From NCBI GenBank assembly GCA_963920595.1, contig OY986950.1, positions 2,356,001-2,420,000 of the forward strand: a DNA stretch of 64,000 nucleotides, in the 5' to 3' direction. The stretch's first letter is position 1; each line of letters starts with the position of its first letter. This stretch comes from Eimeria praecox (taxonomy: Eukaryota). Positions 23,732 through 37,200 of the stretch are shown piece by piece. A program made the translations under genes and the position numbers. The notes below the pieces were generated by a model. The model was not told the DNA's origin and searched no databases. It saw nothing but the letters and a program-made list of their open reading frames with translations.

Positions 23732-26700
23732 TCACGGGATGTATAGGTACACGTTTCTGCATCACATACCAACATTGCAAGTCTTGCGCAATCACAGGGG
23801 CAAACGTGCAACGTGGGCATCTGCACCCTTTGAAACAAATCCATACCGGTCCGATTCGTCTCTAGCGATGTACTCCTTGGACATCAAACCTTCAAGAGAT
23901 GACTTCACGGCTTCTGGCCTCAATCCGCAACAATCAGCATGCTCACTTGTCGCAGAAGGTTCCTCAGCAGGTCGTCGCAAAATCTGCATCAGCTGCTGGT
24001 GAGTCAAACGACGGTGTTGCTTGAAGATTTTCACAACTCTAGCATCAAGTTTTGTTCTCTCTTCTGCATCCAATGGGCCCCGGACCCTCTGTGGAGACAA
24101 TGGCTCACTACCCTTCCCTGTCAAGGCCCCGGCCTGTTCGATGGATCACGCAAAAGAAGAGCATCCAAGCTGTGCAGTTCAAAGAAAGCCTTCTTATAGT
24201 ATTCAATTAGAATAGTAATGATGAGAAGACGTGTTTCAATTTACTGCAAGAGGATTGACTGTGCAGGGGAGGCGCCGAATGTCAAGATCTGCATTGAAGC
24301 AGAACAACGAAGATAAGCCGTCGCCTGAGGACCTGCGCTAAGAAGAGACAAGATCCATCCTACAGCAACGATTGATGTAGGCCTCCCAATCAGCTTGATG
24401 AAAAGAATGGTCTAGCATTTTCCCGTTTAACCGCATGAATAAAGTTTAGGCGGATAAGAGCATTAAAAGGCATACAAGAATGTTTTGAGGTTCTACTTGA
24501 AGGCCTTCTAATATGGATAATGCCTCTTCTACGGAAATGCCAATCAAATGCGCTGCTGTTTGCGCCGAGATAAGTGGAACTCTGCAATGGCACAATCCAG
24601 GAAACTTGTTCGAAGTTACTGGGAGCGCTTACGTCCCAAACACCTGTGGACAATGTGATTCCCCCATATTTTCTGTGTGGTTTGTCATTATGAAGAAATT
24701 TAAGCTTCACTGCATGGGGAAGCACAGCTGGTGGTTATCTCGCAGTTGAGGGTAGCCACTTCGTCGTACTCATTAAAGAGCAGCAGTACAAATGATGTTA
24801 TCAGGCACACGCGGAAATCAGCAGATTTCATTTCCCCATAGGTTCCAGCATGAATTTGAGGAAGTGTCTCATGCTTTTGCTGGCGAAGGATGACAGTCAT
24901 GTCTGCGTGCCCTGCCCTCCACAGCCAGCGAAGCTGCCGCTCTGGAAAGTGGGTTCTGTACATTTTGCTAAATGCCTGCGCAAACAAATAAGCTATAATA
25001 AACCGGTATGATACGTAAATTTTGTTGTATATACCCATATTCTCCATTAGGGAAGAAAACGATAACTTGACTTTCATCGGCAGTGTGATCGGCAATCGAG
25101 CACCAATCAAGCATTTTTAACCACATTATTTCGAAGCTGCAAGACTAACGGCAATCCCTGCTGCAAAGATAACAAAAACAATGAAGAGCCTTGTTTGGTG
25201 GCTGGCTACAGATGAAGCGCGTTAGGATAGTAGAGCACGGGCGCCGTGAGGACAGTGTTCAGTACAAAGCTAAGACCGAAGATGAAACTGACCTCCAAGT
25301 GTGTATGCAACTCTTTCGGAATATTGATCCCTCCAGCGTTTACCAAATGATTTCTAAGCCTGCACATGGGAGTATCGGGGAATGATGGCTGCGTGGGGTC
25401 CCGACTTGTTTCAGGGGCCCTCAATGGAAGATACGTCTCCCAGGCGGTCTTCGTCAGAACCAAGGCCTCAAATCTTCCTGTGGGTTCATCATCAGCCACT
25501 GTTGAAGCACTTCGCGTAAGTGCAGTATCGGGGTTCCCTTCGGAGGTAGCTTGACGATCTTTTAGCCGGACTGTATTGTGCGGGTGCTGGCCCGCTTGAG
25601 CTTCTGCAGTCTCCTCTGCAAAAGGCGCTTCTGCGGCAGTTTCATCGGAAGGAACCGCTGCCGTATTGGGAGCTAGGGATACCTTTCTCTGTTGTACATT
25701 TCTTGTGTACAGAAACAAGGTCTCCCTTGCTGCAGCAATGTCTGATATAACCTGCCGAACACGCCACTGCTCTTCAGGTGGGACGGGGCAGCGGGCCTCA
25801 AACGCATGCTGTATTGCTTCCCATACTCTCAATTCCAAGGCACAAACTTTTGCTGCCATCCCAGAGAAGACATCAACAGAGCCCAATGCCCGCTGGTTCT
25901 CAGGGGTGTCGGTGCTTTCGAAGAACGCTCTATACGCGGCATGATTGTTTCCTGCCGCACGGCGCGCCCGAGCTAGCCGCACGTGGATTGGAATTCCCTC
26001 CAGACGGTTAACAAGCCTGCCGCATTCATGGGGGCTTTGCCTGCCGCTGAAGCTCCAAGTCGCCCAATCCGGCAGGAGCCTGCATGCTAGCAATCGTGCG
26101 TATGCTGAAAGGAAACGTTCTGGGAAGTGAAGTCTAGAGCATAGGCGAGCCACAGTATCCTGAAGGCACGAGACAGAAGTTTCTGTCCCCTGATGGCGTG
26201 CAGAGCTGCGGTGACGTCGGTAGCTGCCGGCTTATGCAACACAGGCTACGGTGCAAGACACTGCTGACGCACTTCCCAGATGTTTGTATCTGGCGTCTGG
26301 CCTTCCTTCGTCGGCAACGTTCCAGCTGCGGCGCGCCGCAGTTGCAAGTCCATGTAAGCAGCCACCGCCTCCTCTACTGTAAGTATGCTCGAGGAAGGAA
26401 CTGCCGTGCAAGCTAAGCACTTCGCTATTTGAGGATTCGACACAACCATGTCAAACGCCTGTATCAGATGCTCAGGAAGGGCAAATATAGTTAGCGGTGT
26501 AGGCACCATTGGTCTCTATTCCGAAGGTGATGGAGAAACATATCTGGGAAGCGTGCGTTGTGCTACACTGCTCGAGGCGAACTGCTGCACGAGGCGAACT
26601 GCTGCTTGCGTAAAGAAAGTTACCTGGTTACGCGATTCTACAGCGATTGGAGCATTGTTGCAGAACACTACCAGCTGATCCTCGGACCTCTTGAGATATT

Positions 26701-29700
26701 GCAATAGCAACAACACGAGCATTTCACCTCTCAGAGGACAAAATTCACAGTGAAGAGCAGGCTCTGTTGATTTAGCATTACAGCTTGCAGGGCTTCCTGA
26801 GACTGCTGTTTCGGCTGGAGACGGCGTAATTGCTCTTTTACTGAGAAACTCCTTCTTATCTTCGGCAACTGATGCAGCATCGCGTCCCTCGCGTTGCGTC
26901 TGCTCCTCATCAACAGTGCTTATACCAATGCTTGCAGCTGAGGGTTGTTGAGCTTGTGATAGCCTATGTAGGGCGCCTTGCCCTTCACGGCAAGCTGAGC
27001 ATATGAGGTCCCACTGCTTAGATGCACATCTGAGGTTGCAGCAGCAGCAAAGAACAATTCACACGGCAGAAATAAGCAAGATGCAACGAAAAGTTTTTGA
27101 CCCATTCAGTTAGTTGGAGCACTGAGAGGGTGGCTCTCTGGTAGACTGCCATGTCTGTGGTGCTTTGACTCCTGGTTGGCAATTCGTACTGGATTGAATC
27201 GCTAAGCGATGATGACCAATACAGACGCAACTGATGAGCAATGCTGTCTAGACACTCTGGCCACTCCTTGGCCCAGTGCAAAAGCAGCACCACCACTGCA
27301 GCATTTTGCACAGCACGAACCCGAAGGCAGATGGGGGCAAAGAAGGCAGGTGCATGCATAGGCGTGCGGCTGGCTACACACATATACAGTAGTTAACAGT
27401 TAAGCCATGCACGTTGGACGCTTGCCACTCCAGTCGTCGTCTCGTAGCAGCTGCTGCAACGTGGGGCGCAGCAACATAACTTTGCCAAAGCTTCTTCTCA
27501 GCAAGACCTGTCGAGCTACCTGCACAGCAGTGTCAGCTGAAGGTAAAGAGAAAGAAGAAACCGAAGTACTCCCAGTTGTGTGGAGTGTGCTCACCTACCA
27601 AGCTACTCAGCTCGGAAGACACTGGTGCATTCCTAGCTGCGCTACCCAGCAAAGATCTCCTTTAGCATTGACAAAAAGGCCATGTGCGAAGGGTATCATC
27701 ACGTGCCTACTGGAGCGCCGAAACACGTTTCAGTGAGAGAGCGTTCCGCAGCTGCAAGTGCCTCCACTGCTCGGAGAAAGGGTCGCAGTTCGACACCGCC
27801 AACTATCATCTTAGACGCTGCATCTGCATGCGCCGCAGCAACACCTTCCAATAACTGCCTGAAAACGCAAATGGATGACTTGACCTGCTGCATTAGCGCC
27901 TTCCGCAAGGAAGCTTTGCTCACAAAGATTCTTTTTGGCATGAAATCAATTCTAGTACATTTCTCGAGAGCAATGCAGGAGCGTTCGCTTGCACTAAAAT
28001 TGGCCATATTAGCTTCTTGATGCGTGTGATGCTTCGCAGATTTCAGCCTTTCGACCATGTGAATTTATCCCTCTGCTTAGTACTGGTGATTCGCCTCTTC
28101 CGTTAATTGAGGCATACCTTCTATGGTAAAACCACGTATTTGAGCGTCCTCCCCAAGGCCCGCCCCCCGCCCCAATCCACATCACATACAGCAAGCGGCT
28201 GCTCTTAGAGGGAGGCGACACAAGACATTTGAATGCACTGGAGCACACTCCGGCCGCCGCAGATGCATCTGCTGTGTCTTCGGGAAGGAATGTGTTTCCT
28301 GCAGGTTGAGTTGGCGTAGGAGAAGCTGCACATGCTCCTGCAGCCACGGCTGCCTTTTTCCGGCGCTGCAGCTGGACATGCTGAGGATCATCAATCCTTC
28401 TCAACAAAATCAGGGCCTCCCGAATCCACTGGAGCTGTGTTGTTGCTGTTGGCAGCCCTGTTGCTGCTGCTTGCCCAGCAAGCGACGATGCGGAAGTTGT
28501 GTCCTCCACATTTGTCCTTACCCTGCTGAGAGAAGCACCTGGTTCCCCCACAGGTAGAGTTCCTGAGGATAGGGCTTTCTGCTCACCCACGACGACTGTT
28601 TGGAGAGTCTCTTGGTGAGTGACTGCCGAAAGCTCGTCTTGTTTGTCACAGACCGAGGGCTGCTGTGTGGCAAGGCCAAGCTGAGCTTGCAGTTGCCTTG
28701 AAGCCCCAGAAGCCGACGCATCACGGGCCTCGGCAGAGAGGAGGTCTACCAGGTAGGCATCGTAATCATCGCCATGATGGAGCTGCTCACATTTTTCTCC
28801 CTTTTGCATCAGGGGGTTCTGCTCTTGTTGCTGATCGCATGACGCCCCATTCTCCGTCACTGGACTTTCCTGTATGCTTAGTAATTGGGACGGGATGTTG
28901 AGGCGGTGCACATCCGGGTGTTTTGACCGCTGCTGAACCTTCTGTTGCCGCTCCAGACGGGGCTCTTCCTTGGAGGGTTCGGCTGTATTTCTCAATATTT
29001 GGCAATCTTCAACTGATGCTAATTCATCCCGCTGATGGCTTGCTTCACTTTGCACAGAAGTTGTCAGCGCGGCTTCGATAATCATTCTGGAGCACTCATG
29101 TCTTAACTGATCGATCACTCCCCACACTCGTGACCTTAGTACTTCCACTACCCCAGATAGTGCCTGACGAAATGTGCGCATGCCACAGGCAAGGAGAATC
29201 TCTCCTTCTAGCGCGTTCATGCTTTTATATTTAAGCTGCGATGGATGCTTTAGTCTTTATAGTGTAACAGTTAAAACCTTTTCTCGTGGTGAGCAGAGAG
29301 GCTTTTAGGAACTTGGTAGGGATAGACGTATTTGACAACACAATTAGCACACTGGTTGCTGTACACAACGCCAACTCGGAGGCATGGAAGTTTGCTGACA
29401 AAGCGTCCAAAAATGACAACGGCAGCCTCATCGATCGTAGAAACTTGACAAAGAAGCATCGTTACTGCACGTGCTACAGCTTCGCGCGCATTGGCGCTCT
29501 TTATCCCTGCTGCTTGCGCCGCCAAGAGTGCCTCTGCTGATGCATTTGCTGAATGTGGCTCAAATTTTGCAGGGCTCCTGAAATAACCAGGCTGTTGCTG
29601 CGAGAGGGCGTCTGAGCCCCTTGCGTAGAGATATTTGAAGAGCAATAAGGCAAGTGTGTACGATTTCCATGCCTTCACACACTGAACCACAAAGCTGTTA

Positions 29701-30948
29701 GCTGCCAGTAGCCCTATGCCAGGTTTTGCTTCTGCTTGTTTGTCGAGCCCATAGCGGAGACGATCAGAGATAGCGCTTCGAATCAGGAGACAACAGAAAA
29801 ATATAAAGTGCCATCGAGCCGCCGTTGGTGACTGCAGCAGTGCGTGCAAGCCTGAATCGCAGATTAATCAGGTATTCTATCATCAGTTACCAAACGCAAC
29901 TGTAACGACGCACTAGAGCCTTCTGTTTCGGGGCAGTGGGCCTGCTTGCAGCGACATTTCCATTTGACGCCTAGCGCTCTGAAGCATGCTGGCTAAGGGC
30001 AGCCAATGATGACACACCAGATGCTGTCTGAGACAGTGTGGATATTTGTTTATGCGAAAGATAAGCAGCTCCACTGAAGACTCGCAGGGATGAGGTGCTT
30101 CCATTGGAATCACTAAGCCAAACGCTTGGATCATCGGAAGCGTCAGAGTGCTCCAAGCCCGTTAGCCAGGCGTTACGTGATGGTTTCCAGTCCAACTGAG
30201 GCTGGAAAACCTCGAAAAGTGGCTCAAGCAGGCAAGAACGGGCTCTATGCAGTACATTTAACAGCCGTTTGCCCTCCTCTTGCTCTTCGATCCATAGCCT
30301 TTCAAAAGCTGGCGTGTTGCTGCCCTCCAACACCAGAGAGCCGGAGCCTTTGGAAAGATCAGAGTTAGTGCGGAGAGTGCAGTCTACTCCCTCTGAATCT
30401 ACTGGCTCCAGCGTGGCAGATGAATTTCTTGCGCATCCGCAGGGAGCACGCGAACCTGCAGCTCTTCGTCGTTGCCTGGTCGATGCCCTGCTTGCTTGCC
30501 CCTCTTGACTCATATTGGGGGATGTCTCCTGCCTCCATGGAGCATCTGTCACATGACCTTCTTGTGTGTTAGGTGCGTTGAGTACTGCGTCGCCGGGGGT
30601 TTCGCAGGCACCTGATCCGGTGTCTGGGGAATGGCGTTGGCGCAACTGCAGGTGCCGGCGTACGGAACGTCGTTGGGTGCTGGCACGCTGCTCATGCCGA
30701 TGCAGTTGCTCATTCTGTCCTCGCCGTTGAGGGTAATCCTGCCCTGTCGTCGCCAAGCGCCTAGTTCGCACCCCTGGCAACAGGGCTGATGGTGCTGTTT
30801 GTTGATCAGTGGCTTGTTGATGCGTAAGCGGCATAACTTCTCTTGGCGACAGGCCATCTGATCTCCTCCGCTGTCGTTTAGTCCCGCGTCGTCCCCCGCT
30901 CGACTCCTGATTAGAAGCTGGAGACATCTCGGCCATGGCTTTCTGCAA
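23732..30948 (-). CDS. Divergent cullin-family protein (multi-exon)
   Basis: Cullin motifs in order: KAWKSYTLALLLFKYL (repeat 1), ERFLSAYARLLACRLL (DVFExxYxxxLAxRLL), LVLTKTAW, FSKMYRTHFPERQLRWLWRAGHA, FVLLLFN. The C-terminal winged-helix/Nedd8 domain reads EERTKLDARVVKIFKQHRRLTHQQL..VKSSLEGLMSKEYIARD. A last intron (23757-23846) gives terminal RNVYLYIP*. Start taken from ORF ATG 30948. Confidence 0.85.
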
Positions 30949-32289
30949 AGTTTACCTTTCAAAGTTCGGCAACGCCTGCCTGCACGTGGGGAACCTGCCG
31001 TGTACGAGAAACCAAATGCCTTAATGCTCAGCAATAGTTGGCCAGCTCGTTATTACTGAAATGCCCCATACTTAAGGGTTTAGTCTTATTATTCGTTAAA
31101 TCGCTGACCTCCCTTCGTCACTTCTGTAACATTGGGGCACGTCCCCATGTGTTTGGGTGCAATGGTGACTCTGGCTAACAGCCCTCGACGGTAGATTCCT
31201 AGTATGGGCGCTATTTACTGTGCTGTGGGTCTGCCCTTGACCCGTCGACTCCCTGGCTCAGCAGGTAGCAGCCTTTAGGAGGATGCCATACAGTTGTGGA
31301 GTCATTCAGAATCACCCGAACGGCTTTTACGCATCAACACCTGGTCTCCCTCACTGTTAAATCTATTTAGGCTTAAGGGATAATACAGTGGACGCCGAGT
31401 TGCATTATGGGACTCTCTGCTAAGCCACCCAGCAGTTCTAGGTGCTCAAGCTGTGCGATCTGGCCTGTGGCGCGGCCAAGGGTCTGTCGGATCAGGTACA
31501 ACGAATAGTATAGGAATGCTAGTTACTAACTAACTCTGAATCTTATTTGCAACATTAGCTATAAATTTCTGCTTAGACGGAAGGGTATTGGCTTAATCTG
31601 CAGAAGTGATGCTACTTTATAGATGTGATGCCTCCTCGCGCATGCGCCAGCAGTCCCAACCGTCCATGAGCATGCCAGTGCACAAAGTACAAATATGAGA
31701 GGGCTAAATGAAACTACAGAATTGTCAATTTATCCATCGGGTTTGGCATTTCAGGCCCGCTTATTATGGTGACCAACTTGGTTCCTTCGCGCAGGAGTGG
31801 CTGATGGAGCGGAGTGGGACGGAGTTCGGAAGTTTGTGTACACCCTGCTTGCTCGGTCATTATAGTAGTGTAAATCAGCGCAGTTGTTATGCAGAGCAGC
31901 AAAGGGCCTCTTATAAGATGTATGGGGGCAGCTGTGATGTAGACGCAGCAGCTACGCTTCTGACAGCCAGTCATATAGGCGGTTCCGCAGGGACGATTCA
32001 AGCAAGGGCCCCACCTTAAGTTGCATCCACGTGCCACCTCGATACATAGAACATACTTCCCACAGCACTGAACAGGCATGAGGGTAAGGCCTCTCGTTAG
32101 CATAGGGATGCGTGTACTCTTTTGATAGCAGTCAGTATTGTATGTGGGGTTCTTGCATTCTACTAAGCAAAGGTATAGGAACCGGTTTAGGTTGAGGCGC
32201 TCGCTTGGCAACCTTACGTGTAGGCTGCAGGGAAAAGCGCTTCAGGCAGCAAATAGCATGTAAAGCATGCTGAAGCTGTGCCATAGCAA

Positions 32290-33060
32290 CCTAAACGATG
32301 AGGATGTGCTGGGATGTTCTTATGCCATATAATAGCACTTGAAGTCTAATGAGTAGGCCTCCTGGGTCTCTATCGGCAGGTGCTGCTTGAGCACACCCGC
32401 TGTACGCTGAGAAAAGAAGGGCACACACAGCCGGTGCGGTACAAAGCATAGTATCGCCCAGCCGAAAGCAGTAGAAGGGAATACCATTGCCTTAACTATA
32501 ATATGAAAGGGCTTCAGAAAATTGCCACGGAATGCGCATAATGGGGTTACTGCGGTTCGTTGGTGGAGAGGATAGGGACCTCACGCTGCATATTAGAGGT
32601 AGAGCAAAGTTACAAACGTAGAAAGCGGCAGGAGACAGGCCTGTCTCCTGCCACATTGTCTGAGGAGTACGGCGACAGGAGGATGCGTGGCAATGGGGTG
32701 CTGCTGGATCTCCTACAATTCAGTGTGTAGAGAAGGACTGACTCACTCAGAAGGCTGCAGTGAGATTCTGCCTCTTTGGTCTCGCTGTGCTGCCCCTAAA
32801 TTTTGAGCATACAAGCGGCTGTGTGGATACCAAGGCAGCACAGAAAATCGAAACCAGAAGTCCTCAATCTTTTAGTTTTGCTGCAACAATGGGGAGTGTG
32901 GCGATCCTGGGAGAAATGGCTTCAGCCTCTTTTCATTATCTCGTTAATTGATCTCCCTTTATGCATCAGGCTGCCGAAAGGCTTGTGGCTTACCAAGCCC
33001 TCCCAATATGGAGGCGGGAAGGCTATTAAAGGCAGTGTGATTGAATACGCCCAATACCAA
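32290..33060 (+). mobile_element. Possible decayed gypsy RT/RNase H relic
   Basis: Remnants DEDVLGCSYAI**HLK (DDVLIYS..EHL), DAWQWGA, DSAS/FGLAVL (DAS..GAVL), WLTKPSQY..IKGS. Weak and spacing imperfect. Confidence 0.35.
32627..32652. repeat. 26-bp perfect palindrome GGCAGGAGACAGGCCTGTCTCCTGCC
   Basis: 13-bp arms with no spacer, read directly. Confidence 0.95.
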
Positions 33061-34295
33061 TTGAGGCTGACTTCTTTTGCCAGGAGCGAACAATGAATGC
33101 CGCTTTTGATTTCAGCTTCACTGGGGATCTTGGGTCGTCCTTGGCGCTTGGCTGCTGACTGCCATACGATAAGACACCGTACCTGAGGACCTCTACATTG
33201 CTTCTGAACGTACCGGGAAGTGCACCTGCTCTTCAAGCGCAGCACTTCACAGTGCAATATTTGGCCCCTTCGCAGGTTAATAGAGCCTGCTAGTAGATGA
33301 AGACTGCATAACCAGGGCCTTTGCGAGGCTTTTCTCATTAGACATTGAAGGGAGAACGTGAACGCCCAGAAATATCGCCAAGGCAACATAGTATAGGGGA
33401 ATGAATAAGATAAATTCGCCGCAACGCTACACACGAAGCACCCCTCATCAACACTCAAACACATACGATTCGGTTGCTTGTGGTGCCCTGCTAAGGTAAA
33501 TATGGAGGCCAACTGGATGCTACTGATAGGCCTTCTGCAGCAGGAAGATACGCTGAACGCTGTGCACTAATCGTTTGCACAGCTCACTACTCGAAGCACT
33601 TTGCAATATTAGGCAGGAAGCGCTTAACGCACCGAAGGAGCAGCCGCTTAATAAAGGAAGCTGCTGAGATTCAAGGCATGAGGTCTCATCTGTCAACCCT
33701 TGGGATTGCTGGCTTGCCAGTGATGCTTGCCATTGAAAATGTGCAGCAGCTAAGCTTTGTTGGCATTATGCATGCCAATAAAGGCTTTCAACTTCCTTAA
33801 CTCATGGGGAATAAGATGTAGCTACAAAAGCAGCAGCCCCGCTACACAAATTCTAACTATGCTTTTTAGGGCTCGTCTGAACAGTGCTGAGCTGGTAGAT
33901 TCTGCAATATGCAAGCTAGAGCTCTCCAACCACTTAACCTACAGAGGACCTTTAAGCCTATTTGCTTGTCTAGTAATAAACATCGAGGTTTTATGAGTGT
34001 GGAATTGTTGTATCAAGCAAAAGCAGCTCATAGGCACACTGCTCGCGCTTGATGCCGCAGACTTCTTTAGCCGCTTGTTGCTTGTTCTGCTACTTCGCTT
34101 CTGCGCACCTAAACGTCTGATTTTAAGTCACGTGGGGCTAAAAACATGTATATACGGGCAAAAAACTCCATCTATCTAGTTCGATGCCACTTTGCACTGC
34201 AGGCAACTAATGAACACTCGGTTTTCTTTTGATCCCCTTAGGGAACTTGATATTCGATGCATAGCCGGCTTTTTTGGCCTTGAGCAGTATATGTT

Positions 34296-37200
34296 CTAAT
34301 CCTGAAGTGAAAGAAGTGCAGCTACCCCAGCCTTTATAGGCACATCAGGGGGGTCGAAGCATGGAAGTTCTATGCTAGTGATATAGTTCGTCGAATGCCC
34401 TGTTGTGGAAAGCGTCCCCTTGCGACTAGGTACCTTGTACAAAGGGCACATATAAATGGTACTTGACTCGTGCACGCGGTCCTTTTGAGGTAGAAACCAC
34501 ACCACTGGGAGCTCGTCAAATAGTACTTTCGGCCGTGAAGGAACCTGCAAGGAAATGAATACATGAGGGAGCCTACCAGCTATTGTCCCGCTGGAATCGT
34601 GATGTTGCGCGCCACCCTAAGAGAGCCCCGCCCTTTTTGAGTATGACCGGTATGAGTCTGACAGCGGCCAAACCAACTTGAATACTACTTACCAGCGTTC
34701 CTCTGTCTGCATCCCATCGGCATCCTTCCAAGAAAATGCCATGAACAAAGCAGCCATCCTCTGGAGCTTGTTCTACTGAATATCCGTCTGCGGCCTTTAG
34801 AACAGTGTACGCGAACGAAAGCCTGTCGACTGCAACCCGGTATTTTCGTGCATAGTTTTGAAGCACACCTGTTAGAAATGCCTGCGCGTAGCAAACAAGT
34901 TTACTTCATCCTCAGCATAAAGCCCCCAGCCTCTCATCTACTAAACTTTGGCAGATTCACGATGCAATTTTGAGGTGCCCTACCTGAGGAAAGAAGAATC
35001 CAGACATCCAGTAACATTTAGGTGGCCCTTGTTCGATCCAAGAGTTAAGAAAAGCAAGCCTAGCTGTTAGGTCCTTAAGCCATGAGCCTAAAGGCTTCAT
35101 TGAGACAAAGCCTTTATCGGACCACACTTTCGGAACCTGCAGTATCCCCAGAGAGGACACCGAAATAACAGCATTACACCTAATGTACGTACAAAACAAT
35201 CAAATACTCGCGTTGGAATCTGTGTGGTCAGAAAGCTTGGTTCCCTAGTAAGGTGAAACTCGTACGTTTGAAACAGTTTGGTGTCATCTTAGTACCTGAT
35301 TATCGAAGAGAGCAGCTGAGACCTTCTCTAACTCCTCTGTCATCACTATCCTGCCCCTTATTGCAAGCTGAAGGTCTTTCATCGTCTTTTTCATGATTAT
35401 TAGCAAACCATTGTATCTGAACGCCAGGCAGTATTGACCCCCCGCAAAATCATGATTAGGGTCAAATTCATTCCCTCTCTATTCCCGAATCTACCACCAA
35501 CTAGTTCGCATTGGCGGCACAATTCTGAAGCGAGCTGATATGCATGTGAGTATCAGGACTGTTCACTGATGAAGAACCAATTTGCTATGAGCTATGAGTT
35601 AGAGACTACTCGCCTAATGGCCTCTTGCACCACCACTGTATTCATAGATTCGTCGTAGCGAGTAGGGTATTTTTGTTGAATAGCTTCTACGTCGAATAAG
35701 TCTGGAAGAAGGGATTGCACATGACCAGCAAGTTCGGAAATGGCGGACTCCCGGCAAGTCGAACCAGCCGAACTGCTTCGTGGTGCCATCGACAATATGC
35801 CGTCAAGTAGCTCCTGAGTACATGCGCTATGAGATTTACCAAACGTGCCAAAAGCAAGCGTTGCGGAGCGAACAACTCCAGTTAGTTCGCAGTTAACAAT
35901 AGTTGGACGCTGGCGAGTAAGCATGGTGGCATAATTCTCCCCCAGGTATAGTTTGCCGCGTACCTTTCCCTCCATTTGGGCACAGTTGATGTTCGCATTC
36001 TCATGGAGGCCAAATACTTCTGGCTGAGCATTTGCTGGCAATGATGCAATATATTTCTGGAAGCCTTCAACGTCTTCTTCATCAGGGCAGTAGTATATTC
36101 CCGACTTTGAAAACTTGTAGGCTGAACCCTGAACGAGAAAAGCCAGTAATTTGCAGGGCACCAAAATGTTCGCCCCCAGTCAAGTGAAACTAACGGACGC
36201 TTATATGCGTTGAGCATGCCTAACCTCTTCAATAAGCCTCTCGTTCACGTAGGTGTGAAGAATAAAGTCAATGAGCCTCTTGTCGTTCGCATCAGTGACA
36301 CGTCCACCATAGTTTATTCGAGCCCCTAGGAAGCGAAGAACCTGACAGGAGAAAACAGCAGCGCCTATTTCTTGCCTCCTGACAACAGGTCTAAATTTAT
36401 ATCTGCCATAGAGATGCTGTTAACACCGCATGCTTGATAGCTGTTGGCGCACGGAAGTTCTCAACACACCTTAAAAGGGATTGTGTCACTTGCATCGAGG
36501 AAAATTTTCAGTTGCCTTTGACACACGACAAGGTCATCTTGGGTAAATTCGTAGTGAATGTTCCACCCGATTGGCCCGAAACGCCGGCGTTCCTAGTTTG
36601 CGCAAAATCACCCAACATAGCACAGCTTGTCCCATTAGGAAGCAGGAACGCGACCGCTTTCCTCGCTTGCAAGGAAGCTTTAGAAAGAAGGAGTAGACAA
36701 TGGGACAGTTCTCACGGCACCCATAAACAATCAGAGCCAACATATTCCTTGGGCATTCCTACCTGCACTACAGCATGAAAGAAGCAAAATGCAAAAAACA
36801 GTCTTTTGAAGTGGGAGGGATGCTGTGTAGCATTGAGCTGCCGGTTGTCTATGCCGGCATAGAGGCGCTGCAAGTTTGCCTTGAGCCCTTTGGGAGGCTC
36901 ATTGGTCATTTTCACTCCGTTTTGTAGGACTGAAACTGGGAAGGACGGTGATGGCATGGAAGTTAACCACAACCTAGCACAAGCGCATCGACAGCACATA
37001 ATAGGTCTTACTTTGGAAAATGTGGCCAAACGTTGGGACAGGTTGGTGATCTGCAGTTACTGGAAGCAGCACCAGCAACACCGTGAAAGCGTGCGCTACT
37101 CATCGCGTTAGTATGACCGACCTAAAATCCCGGTGTACCTCTTCAGGATTCCACTGCTCGCATATACGTTCAAGCTCATTCATCCACGAAGAAGCAAGAT

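Noticed and set aside
31708..32211. Overlapping 103-aa and 165-aa ORFs with faint integrase-like look
   Set aside because: Similarity too weak to call by eye.
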